A stretch of DNA of 28,909 nucleotides from a virus (Duplodnaviria; Caudoviricetes), in IMG/VR virus record IMGVR_UViG_3300027672_000057, positions 1 through 28,909 of that record; one strand, 5' to 3'. The number at the start of each line of letters is the position of its first letter. The stretch's first letter is position 1. Both the position numbers and the translations under genes were made by a program. Below are positions 8,507 through 16,136 of this stretch, in pieces. The notes beneath the pieces are model-generated. The model was not told where the DNA came from. It searched no databases and saw only the letters and a program-made list of their open reading frames with translations.

Positions 8507-8762
8507 TGGAGATTTTGAATTTGTGTTTAACATGTACGATGAAGCACAAAACTTTATTAGCGACAAAGATAAACTAGAATTTGCAAATAAAACTATTTTG
8601 CATCTTGTAGACTTTGGATTTGATGTTAGACCAGCTACAAAAGAAATTTCAGACCATTGCGAATTTTTAGGAGAGGCAATGGATTTATATTTAGAATCTG
8701 AAGAAGAAGACGAAGATATCTTTGATGATGATAATCCAGACGATGAAGAGCTCGATTACTAA
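8493..8762 (+). CDS. Small highly acidic hypothetical protein
   Basis: 89 aa, about one third D/E; GGAGG RBS; overlaps both neighbours. Confidence 0.8.
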   Translation: MNLTDGDFEFVFNMYDEAQNFISDKDKLEFANKTILHLVDFGFDVRPATKEISDHCEFLGEAMDLYLESEEEDEDIFDDDNPDDEELDY

Positions 8763-9220
8763 TGAGCAAATGGTATCGTAAAGTTACAGCAAACTTAGGA
8801 GAGATAGTTTCGGCTATCTCTCATTTTGAACGAGAAATTGATGAAGCACGATTTGAGTGCAGTATGAAAGGTGTACTTGAGAAACATAGTAGAGAAATGC
8901 CTGGCATAGTTGAACATAGGTTTAATCAACTACAGGAAGTTGAAGCTATTTTAGAATTCCTCCATACAGAAATGCGTAAACTTAGATCCCAAACTTTTAG
9001 AAAATTCTTAGAAAATTACAATAAAGCACTTAGTTCACGTGATGCTGAAAAATATGTAGATGGTGAACAAAATGTAGTAGATTTACAATATTTAATTAAT
9101 GACTTTAGTTTAGTACGTAATCAATATATTGGTGTTATTAAAGCACTAGAAGCTAAAGGTTTTCAAATTAATAATATTGTTAAATTACGAGCAGCAGGCT
9201 TAGAAGATATTTCATTATAA
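8762..9220 (+). CDS. uvsY: Recombination mediator, UvsY-like
   Basis: 152-aa all-helical protein with LSSRDAEKYVDGE and KGFQINNIVKLR, in the uvsX operon. Confidence 0.8.
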   Translation: MSKWYRKVTANLGEIVSAISHFEREIDEARFECSMKGVLEKHSREMPGIVEHRFNQLQEVEAILEFLHTEMRKLRSQTFRKFLENYNKALSSRDAEKYVDGEQNVVDLQYLINDFSLVRNQYIGVIKALEAKGFQINNIVKLRAAGLEDISL

Positions 9221-9239
9221 TATAATTATCAAATAAAGG

Positions 9240-9268
9240 TTGACAAGCAAGACTTCTTGTTATATAAT
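9240..9268 (+). promoter_or_regulatory. Sigma70-type promoter with palindromic spacer
   Basis: GG-TTGACA-17 nt-TATAAT; spacer contains AGCAAGA-CT-TCTTGTT; a TATAAATA box follows at 9274-9281. Confidence 0.85.
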
Positions 9269-9319
9269 ATACTTATAAATAAAATGTTTGATAATTTAAC
9301 ACTACCAGTGGAGTCTAAA

Positions 9320-10021
9320 TTGAAAAAATCACAATATCCAAATAGTACTATCGTTGATGTAATGTGTGCAGCTATAGAAGTACACAACTATCAAGGCTTT
9401 ATTCGCAGTGGTCAAGGATATACAGATCATAATCATGAAACCGGTGAATCAACAGTTATACGTGATAACAAAACAGTAATTGCTGAAGAATATTTGTCTA
9501 CTGGTGCAAAGTTTACACAAGAACAACTTACAGCAGCAAATGCGTTAATTGACTCAATTAATGGTAAACTAATGATTAAGAAGATGACTAATAGTCTTAA
9601 TAACTTTGAGCAAAATGTTGCAAAATGTCTTAACGAAGCTGATGTTAGTAAGTTTGGAATAAGTATTATTGCTAGTTTGCCACACAGTGTAAGTATTGAC
9701 AAAAAGCGTGAAGAAGTAGAAGACAAAATGTCTACACTAAAGCACAGTAGTATATACTTTGGTGATAAAGGCAAACGCTATAATATTACAGTAGATGTAT
9801 TAGATGTTAAATTCATTCAAAGTAGTAGCATATACATGATTACTACTGTTTACGCTAAAAAAGACATTATTAAGTTTTGGTGGAGAGATCAGCCAGATAT
9901 TAGTGATATTATTGCTAATAAAAGCATCCAAATTAGAGCAACTGTTAACAAACATGAACTATCTAAGTACTCAAATGCTAGAGAAACCTTGTGTAATAGG
10001 GTAAAAATTATTGAAATATAA
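9320..10021 (+). CDS. Hypothetical protein, possible C-terminal OB-fold
   Basis: TTG at 9320 follows GGAG (ATG 9284 is an alternative); C-terminal beta-rich pattern ending IRATVNKH...TLCNRVKI. Confidence 0.7.
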   Translation: MKKSQYPNSTIVDVMCAAIEVHNYQGFIRSGQGYTDHNHETGESTVIRDNKTVIAEEYLSTGAKFTQEQLTAANALIDSINGKLMIKKMTNSLNNFEQNVAKCLNEADVSKFGISIIASLPHSVSIDKKREEVEDKMSTLKHSSIYFGDKGKRYNITVDVLDVKFIQSSSIYMITTVYAKKDIIKFWWRDQPDISDIIANKSIQIRATVNKHELSKYSNARETLCNRVKIIEI

Positions 10022-10024
10022 AGG

Positions 10025-10053
10025 TTGACATTATATATAAATTCGTATATTAT
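10025..10053 (+). promoter_or_regulatory. Sigma70-type promoter
   Basis: AAAGG-TTGACA-17 nt-TATTAT. Confidence 0.75.
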
Positions 10054-10090
10054 TAGTACTAAGTTAAATAATAACAAAAAGGAGTTATAT

Positions 10091-10354
10091 ATGAAGAAGA
10101 CTAAACAAGCAGTAGGAACTAAGTTCTTTAAAGAAGGAACACAAAACCAACAAATACTAGCTAAATTTTGGGGTACTGGTAAATCTTTTACTACAGAAGA
10201 CCTAAGAAACAAGCTAGATATTGCATCTCCGGGTGCTAGGCTTTCAGAGCTTAGAGCTGAAGGTTTTAATGTTAAAGCTACTGCAACAACTACTGGATTA
10301 GCTGGTAGACAAGAAAATAGCTACATGATCTCACAAAGAAGAGTATCAGTATAA
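10091..10354 (+). CDS. Small winged helix-turn-helix DNA-binding protein
   Basis: AAGGAG RBS then ATG 10091; QILAKF...FTTEDLRNKLDIASPGARLSELRAEGFNV...Y follows a wHTH pattern; basic. Confidence 0.7.
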   Translation: MKKTKQAVGTKFFKEGTQNQQILAKFWGTGKSFTTEDLRNKLDIASPGARLSELRAEGFNVKATATTTGLAGRQENSYMISQRRVSV

Positions 10355-10367
10355 TTATTAACTACAT

Positions 10368-10394
10368 TTGGGCCCTAAATTTAACAGGGCCCAA
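10368..10394 (+). terminator. Stem-loop, probable terminator
   Basis: TTGGGCCCT-9 nt-AGGGCCCAA perfect 9-bp stem after the stop; weak T tail (TTCTAT). Confidence 0.6.
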
Positions 10395-10423
10395 TTCTAT
10401 GAATAAAAGATGAAAATAAAAGG

Positions 10424-10452
10424 TTGACAAGTAAGACTTCTTACTGTATACT
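10424..10452 (+). promoter_or_regulatory. Sigma70-type promoter with palindromic spacer
   Basis: GG-TTGACA-17 nt-TATACT; spacer contains AGTAAGA-CT-TCTTACT, a perfect 7-bp inverted repeat. Confidence 0.85.
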
Positions 10453-10489
10453 AGTATAGTAATCATTAATAAAGAACAGGAGTTCACAA

Positions 10490-11365
10490 ATGGCACATAT
10501 GCAACTTAAGAAAGCTCGTAAGAATACTAAAGGCGAGACCATTGTTGAAATTTTACCAAATAACGTAAAAGATAATCCAAACGAAACAGACGATATGATC
10601 ATGGAACGTATGCGAGAACGTTTCCAAATATTAGACGATATGACACAAGCGTCAATTGACGGTGTTGTACGTGGAATGGTTGTAACAGGTCCTCCAGGAG
10701 TTGGCAAGTCTTATGGTGTTGAATCAATACTAGAAAAGAATAGTTTGTTTGATACACTTGCTGGTAACAAGCTACGTTTTGAAACTATTAAAGGTGCATC
10801 AAGTGCAATTGGTTTGTACAAGATACTTTATAACAATGCAGATAAAAACAATGTGCTAGTTTTAGACGATTGTGATACAGTGTTATATGATGAAACATCT
10901 TTGAACTTACTTAAAGCAGCACTTGATTCATGTAAGAAGCGTAAACTATGTTGGAACACAGATAGTGCATTGCTACGTAGGGAAGGTATTCCAGATAGCT
11001 TTGAATTTAATGGTAGTGTAATTTTTATTACTAACCTTAAGTTTGATAATGTACGTGGTAAGATTAAAGATCACTTAGCAGCTATCATGTCACGTTGTCA
11101 TTACTTAGATCTTACAATGGATACTACACGTGAAAAGGTATTACGTTGTAAGCAGATTGTTGCAGACGGCATGCTTAACGAATATGATTTTACTAAAGCT
11201 GAAGAAGAAGATGTTATGGACTTTATGATTGGTAACAAAGAAAAGATGCGTGAAATTAGTTTGCGTATGGTTACTAAGTTAGCAGATCTTAAAAAGAGCT
11301 TTGGTGAAGAAAAGTGGAAACGCACTGCTGAAGTTACATGTATGCGTAGGGTAGCTGTAAAGTAA
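10490..11365 (+). CDS. AAA+ ATPase
   Basis: Walker A GPPGVGKS, Walker B VLVLDDCD, sensor-1 FITN, AIMSRC arginine-finger motif; AGGAG RBS. Confidence 0.88.
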   Translation: MAHMQLKKARKNTKGETIVEILPNNVKDNPNETDDMIMERMRERFQILDDMTQASIDGVVRGMVVTGPPGVGKSYGVESILEKNSLFDTLAGNKLRFETIKGASSAIGLYKILYNNADKNNVLVLDDCDTVLYDETSLNLLKAALDSCKKRKLCWNTDSALLRREGIPDSFEFNGSVIFITNLKFDNVRGKIKDHLAAIMSRCHYLDLTMDTTREKVLRCKQIVADGMLNEYDFTKAEEEDVMDFMIGNKEKMREISLRMVTKLADLKKSFGEEKWKRTAEVTCMRRVAVK

Positions 11366-11387
11366 ATTAACTTTAATATAAGGTAAG

Positions 11388-11413
11388 AAAAGGTCCATCC
11401 GGGCCTTTTTTTT
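11388..11413 (+). terminator. Rho-independent terminator
   Basis: AAAAGGTCC-ATCC-GGGCC-TTTTTTTT. Confidence 0.88.
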
Positions 11414-11417
11414 AATG

Positions 11418-11425
11418 AATAAATA
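11418..11425 (+). promoter_or_regulatory. Late promoter variant
   Basis: AATAAATA, 5 nt before ATG 11431, directly after the terminator. Confidence 0.55.
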
Positions 11426-11430
11426 ATACT

Positions 11431-11766
11431 ATGGAATTTCTACTCAAAGCAATCATTGGTGGTCTGGTTATAGCAGGTGTTGTAACTGCAGCACAACGTA
11501 GCAACCCAACACTAGGCGCTCTAATACTTGGTATACCGTTAGGTAGTGTTGTTAGTCTTATCTTTATGTATTACGCAGGAGTGGAGGTTAAAGTATTTCA
11601 ACAACTAGCACAAGAAACAATTTACTTTGTTTTAGTTAGTTTGGTTTTCTTTCCGCTATTTGTTATTACATTAAATCATTGGAACTTTTGGTTATCATTG
11701 CTGAGTTCTATCTCAGTTACAATGATTGCATTATTATTTCTAAAATATTTCCTAGAAAGCAATTGA
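11431..11766 (+). CDS. Small multi-pass membrane protein (DUF3147/GlpM-like)
   Basis: 111 aa with four hydrophobic segments; LLKAIIGGLVIA...LGALILGIPL pattern. Confidence 0.7.
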   Translation: MEFLLKAIIGGLVIAGVVTAAQRSNPTLGALILGIPLGSVVSLIFMYYAGVEVKVFQQLAQETIYFVLVSLVFFPLFVITLNHWNFWLSLLSSISVTMIALLFLKYFLESN

Positions 11767-11791
11767 CAAACACCCTGAAATGTAGTATAGT
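11763..11791 (+). promoter_or_regulatory. Sigma70-type promoter (leaderless geometry)
   Basis: TTGACA-17 nt-TATAGT, 6 nt before ATG 11798. Confidence 0.75.
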
Positions 11792-11797
11792 AGTACT

Positions 11798-13249
11798 ATG
11801 AAATGTAAAATTATATTAAAAGATGAAGTTAACTGTAAAGTTGAAGGACTTGACGTTAACACTCGCAGAAAATGTGAGAAGGAATTAAAGTTCTTTCTTC
11901 CGTATGCGTTTCACGTACCAGCTTATAAACTTGGTAGATGGGACGGATGCCAAAGTTACTTTACAGTAGGTGGAGTATCATACATTAACCTGCTTGACAG
12001 AGTGTTACCTATTATCATGGAAGAAGGCTATCAGATTGATGTAGAAGATTTGAGAACTAATTACGAACTTTCATTTGACACAGTTGACGAAACTACATTT
12101 CAACATAAACTTTGGCCAGAAAAACATCAGATGGTAGGACAACCAGTTACATTACGTGACTATCAAATTGAGATTGTAAATAAGTTTTTAGACACCCCAC
12201 ACTGCTTACAAGAAATTGCAACAGGCGCTGGTAAGACACTTATTACAGCAGCTCTATCTGAACGTGTAGAAAAATATGGAAGATCAATAGTTATTGTACC
12301 AAATAAAGACTTGGTTAGACAAACTGCTGATGATTATGAAAACTTAGGACTAGACGTTGGAGTTTACTTCGGCGACAAAAAACAATTAGGACATACCCAT
12401 ACTATTTGCACGTGGCAGAGTTTAAACAGTATTAGAAAACGATTCCGTGATGGACTACAGGAATTAAGTTTATTAGAGTTTGCAGAAGATGTAGTATGTG
12501 TTATTGTAGACGAAGTACACCAAGCTAAAGCTGATGTACTTAAAGAACTGCTAACTAAAGAGTTTGCACACATTCCACTTCGTTGGGGACTAACAGGAAC
12601 TATTCCAAAAGCTGATCACGAGAAAGTTAGCTTGCAAGCATGCTTAGGTGAAGTAACTAATAAACTTAGTGCAAGCGAATTACAAGACATGGATGTGCTT
12701 AGTCAATGTCACGTTAATGTAGTACAGATGAAAGAGTTCGCAATATACAGTAACTATCAAAGCGAGCTATCATATCTTACCACAGATAAGAAGCGTATGA
12801 AATATGTAAGTGGACTGATTGATAAAATATCTCAATCAGGTAATACACTTGTGCTAGTAGACAGGATTAAAGCAGGCGAGATAATTTGTGATTATTTACC
12901 AGCAGCAAACTTTGTTAGCGGAGCAATGAAGTCAACTGATCGTAAAGATCATTATGATGATATTAATGAAGGAACAAATGAGATTGTTGTAGCAACGTAT
13001 GGAGTTGCAGCAGTCGGTATTAACATTCCACGTATCTTTAACTTGGTCCTAATTGAACCAGGAAAGAGTTTCGTTAGAGTAATACAAAGTATTGGTCGTG
13101 GAATAAGAAAAGCTGAAGATAAGGATAATGTACAAATATGGGACATTACGAGTTCAGCAAAATTTAGTAAAAAACACTTGACAGAGCGTAAGAAATTTTA
13201 CAAAGAAGCTAACTATCCATTTACTATTGAAAAAGTAGAATGGGAATAA
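11798..13249 (+). CDS. uvsW: SF2 DNA helicase, UvsW-like
   Basis: LRDYQ, ATGAGKT, DEVH, GLTGT, QSIGRGIR motifs. Confidence 0.92.
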   Translation: MKCKIILKDEVNCKVEGLDVNTRRKCEKELKFFLPYAFHVPAYKLGRWDGCQSYFTVGGVSYINLLDRVLPIIMEEGYQIDVEDLRTNYELSFDTVDETTFQHKLWPEKHQMVGQPVTLRDYQIEIVNKFLDTPHCLQEIATGAGKTLITAALSERVEKYGRSIVIVPNKDLVRQTADDYENLGLDVGVYFGDKKQLGHTHTICTWQSLNSIRKRFRDGLQELSLLEFAEDVVCVIVDEVHQAKADVLKELLTKEFAHIPLRWGLTGTIPKADHEKVSLQACLGEVTNKLSASELQDMDVLSQCHVNVVQMKEFAIYSNYQSELSYLTTDKKRMKYVSGLIDKISQSGNTLVLVDRIKAGEIICDYLPAANFVSGAMKSTDRKDHYDDINEGTNEIVVATYGVAAVGINIPRIFNLVLIEPGKSFVRVIQSIGRGIRKAEDKDNVQIWDITSSAKFSKKHLTERKKFYKEANYPFTIEKVEWE

Positions 13250-13259
13250 GGAAAATTAA

Positions 13260-13760
13260 ATGAAAATATTAACAGTTGAAAATCAAACGTATGAGCTTGA
13301 TGACATCCCAGATACTATAGAAGATTTAAGATATAACATTCTGGACTATAGTAATCCAGGACATATTGATTATTATTTTATTCCACTAGTATTCTTGGAA
13401 AGTTTTTATGCACCGGCAGCAGTATTGCAGATAGGGCAATACTCTATTACTATGCCATTGGATTGGAGCATTGTAATTTGCGACCCAGAAGTTGGAAATC
13501 CAGAAGTAATAAGTTTAATGAGTTTAAATGATAGAGGGTTTAGTGTGTTTGCATTTAATCCACTTACAGGGTTTACACCCAAATATATGGATGTTAACAT
13601 AACAAACATATATACAGATGTAAAATGGTATGCGCCAAAGTTAAAGTTTGGACACTTACTAAATGTTCCACTACATGATGGACCAAACGCACCTTGTGTG
13701 CTGTTTGTAAAAGAAGCAAATAAATTACCAGATCAACTTGACATTAGTGAGCTTTGGTAG
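13260..13760 (+). CDS. Hypothetical beta-rich protein
   Basis: 166-aa ORF with AAGGA RBS. Confidence 0.8.
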   Translation: MKILTVENQTYELDDIPDTIEDLRYNILDYSNPGHIDYYFIPLVFLESFYAPAAVLQIGQYSITMPLDWSIVICDPEVGNPEVISLMSLNDRGFSVFAFNPLTGFTPKYMDVNITNIYTDVKWYAPKLKFGHLLNVPLHDGPNAPCVLFVKEANKLPDQLDISELW

Positions 13761-13764
13761 TACA

Positions 13765-13986
13765 ATGAAGACTAGGATACATGTTAATCAGCATATTATT
13801 AAACGAAATGCAAAGTCGGGTGATAGAGAACCGGTGTTAACATGTAAAACATCTAAGAGCAATAACTATGCACACGAAGTTATTATTAAAGGCGATTCTA
13901 AAGTAATATACAGCCCAGACAAGCCATTGTCATGTGGTGCAAAAGTTTGGATAGAAACGGATGGAGAGGTGATAATTGTCAAGTAA
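13765..13986 (+). CDS. Small hypothetical phage protein
   Basis: ATG 13765: MKTRIHVNQH...PLSCGAKVWIET, a pattern I recognise from T4-like marine phages. Confidence 0.75.
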   Translation: MKTRIHVNQHIIKRNAKSGDREPVLTCKTSKSNNYAHEVIIKGDSKVIYSPDKPLSCGAKVWIETDGEVIIVK

Positions 13987-14437
13987 ATTAAACATTAAAG
14001 AAGAGATGAGATCTATTGATACTAAAGATAGAAGCTGGTACGATAGTCTCACTCCAGAAGAAAAGAAAAAAGTAGGCATATGGCTACTTATGCGTTATAC
14101 TAGTAGTTGCGGTGATAAGATATTATCCGAACATTACTTAGAGTGGACTAACGAAGTTGTAAATGTACACTTTAATAAGCTACGTAAGCACCCGCAGTTG
14201 CAATATCAGTTGATGCAGCTAGTTGGACTAGGGAAGACTACATTCCACCCGTGGATAGCACCCGGTAAGTCAATGAAGAAAAGTAAAATACAAAAGTGGG
14301 TATTAGAAAACTATAGTCATTTAAATGATGATGAGATTGAAATCTTTATTAGCACAAAAACAAAAGATGATTTCGTTGACCTATTTGAAGAACACGGAAT
14401 GGATAAAAAACAAATTAAAGAATTGTTGAAAAAGTAA
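13976..14437 (+). CDS. gp62: Clamp loader small subunit-like (T4 gp62-like)
   Basis: TTG start after GGAGAGGT; WLLMRYTS...N...HPQLQYQL...HPWI...K pattern, size and context. Confidence 0.6.
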   Translation: MSSKLNIKEEMRSIDTKDRSWYDSLTPEEKKKVGIWLLMRYTSSCGDKILSEHYLEWTNEVVNVHFNKLRKHPQLQYQLMQLVGLGKTTFHPWIAPGKSMKKSKIQKWVLENYSHLNDDEIEIFISTKTKDDFVDLFEEHGMDKKQIKELLKK

Positions 14438-14438
14438 A

Positions 14439-15110
14439 ATGCACACATGCAACTATTGTTCTAAATCTTTTAAAAAAGAAAGCACGTTGGCTGTTCATTT
14501 ATGTGAACAGAAGCGCAGACATATGCAAAAAGATGAAAAACATGTGCAACTTGGATTTAGATCATATCAATTATTTTATAAGATAGGCACAAATGCAAAA
14601 AAAGATAAGACATACGAAGAGTTTGCAAAGAGTCAATACTATATTAGTTTCTGTAAGTTTGGCTATTATTGTCGCGACCTTGGCATCGACGATGTTCCAG
14701 GTTATACAACTTGGTTAGTAAAGAACGGAGTACGACTTGATACATGGGGCAAAGACAAGCAATTTACTAAGTGGCAAAAAGAACGCTTAAAAAATGAATC
14801 AGTTGATAGAGGAGTAGAACGTACAATATTATTTCTACAAAGCTGGGCAGAAGAAAATAATACACAATACAATGATTATTTTAATAACGTAGCACCAAGT
14901 TTAGCAGTGTTTCATATTTGTAGTGGAAAGATATCACCTTGGATATTATTTACTAGTATTCCAGCACAAACGTTAATTGATAAAATGAACGCAGAACAGT
15001 TAAAAATGATTACAGACTATTTAGATGTTGATTATTGGCAACGCACAATGAGTGTGAATCCACAAGATAGTAAATGGGTAACGGGAATTTTGGAGCAAGC
15101 AGGAATATGA
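14439..15110 (+). CDS. N-terminal Zn-finger hypothetical protein
   Basis: CNYCSKSFKKESTLAVHLC (C2H2-like spacing, CCHC ligands). Confidence 0.8.
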   Translation: MHTCNYCSKSFKKESTLAVHLCEQKRRHMQKDEKHVQLGFRSYQLFYKIGTNAKKDKTYEEFAKSQYYISFCKFGYYCRDLGIDDVPGYTTWLVKNGVRLDTWGKDKQFTKWQKERLKNESVDRGVERTILFLQSWAEENNTQYNDYFNNVAPSLAVFHICSGKISPWILFTSIPAQTLIDKMNAEQLKMITDYLDVDYWQRTMSVNPQDSKWVTGILEQAGI

Positions 15111-15805
15111 GTTACGAAGGACTTAACACAAACTTTTCATACGTAGATGATTTCGGTTCATGGCGTAGAAGAATTCAAGTTGAAGCAAGTAGTAGATGTA
15201 ATCTATCATGTCCAGGTTGTAGTAGAACAATAGAACTTGGCATGTATACTCCAAGCGATTTAAGTATGGATAACTTTAAATTATTAGTTAGAGATGAAAA
15301 CAATCTACACGCATTAACTTATAGTATGTCCTTAGGTGATCCTATATATGCAGGCACACTATTTGAACAATTGGAACACATAAAAACACTGAAAACAAGA
15401 CCTGTATTGTTTTTTAGTACAAATGGAAGTGGCCGTCCTACTAAATGGTGGGAAAAGTTTGCTACATATCTTAATCCTGTTAACCCAATGAATTCTGCAT
15501 TTCCAGGTGATGTTGTTGAATTTGCAGTAGATGGGTTAGAAGATACAAACCCTATATATAGAGTTAATGCAAAATGGAATAGTATTCAGAATGGAATAAA
15601 AACATTACGTGAGAACTATACTGGTCAATTAGTTTGGAGATATATTGTATTTGAACACAACTATCATCAAGTAGTAGAGGCACAACAAATAGCAAGAGAT
15701 TTAGGATTAGATCAATTTCATGCTATACTTGGCGATAATAGAACTCCAGAACATATGTTATTAAAAAGCAAAACGTGGGAGGATGTATTAAATGATTTAT
15801 CCTAA
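15107..15805 (+). CDS. Radical SAM protein
   Basis: CNLSCPGC (CxxxCxxC), LGDP, STNG, FAVDGLE, YRVNAKW; ATGA overlap at 15107. Confidence 0.9.
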   Translation: MSYEGLNTNFSYVDDFGSWRRRIQVEASSRCNLSCPGCSRTIELGMYTPSDLSMDNFKLLVRDENNLHALTYSMSLGDPIYAGTLFEQLEHIKTLKTRPVLFFSTNGSGRPTKWWEKFATYLNPVNPMNSAFPGDVVEFAVDGLEDTNPIYRVNAKWNSIQNGIKTLRENYTGQLVWRYIVFEHNYHQVVEAQQIARDLGLDQFHAILGDNRTPEHMLLKSKTWEDVLNDLS

Positions 15806-16136
15806 ATGTAAAAACATAGTAGCAGGACAACCAGGAAATGCAATAGGTGTTAGAGCAACCGGACATGTAGTTCCTTGTTGTTTCTTTGGAAGTGAAACTG
15901 CATGGAATAATTTAAAAGATTTATTAGGTAATGATGTAGATAACTTACACGTTTCAACAGGTAAAACAATTGACGAGTTTAATAAAAGCTCAGAGTTTCA
16001 ACGAATAGAAGAAACATGGAATGACCCATTTCAAGAGCCATTAAAAACATGTGTAGGTTCTTGTTCTAAGAAAGAACATATTGGTGATGTTGATAAAACA
16101 TCAACTGGTTCAGATGAAAAGGCAAAGAAATTATGA
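15792..16136 (+). CDS. Stand-alone SPASM/twitch-like Fe-S protein
   Basis: C...IGVRATGHVVPCC...CVGSC pattern; GGAGG RBS; directly after the radical SAM gene. Confidence 0.7.
   Translation: MIYPKCKNIVAGQPGNAIGVRATGHVVPCCFFGSETAWNNLKDLLGNDVDNLHVSTGKTIDEFNKSSEFQRIEETWNDPFQEPLKTCVGSCSKKEHIGDVDKTSTGSDEKAKKL

Noticed and set aside
9257-10090. ORF-track starts at 9257 and 10025 (also 920, 2595, 7364, 13738, 15074, 17054, 19000, 22040, 26112)
   Set aside because: They fall inside promoters, hairpins or upstream genes; downstream starts have an RBS or stop/start coupling
13178-13206. TTGACA near the end of uvsW as a promoter
   Set aside because: No acceptable -10 hexamer at 16-18 nt spacing
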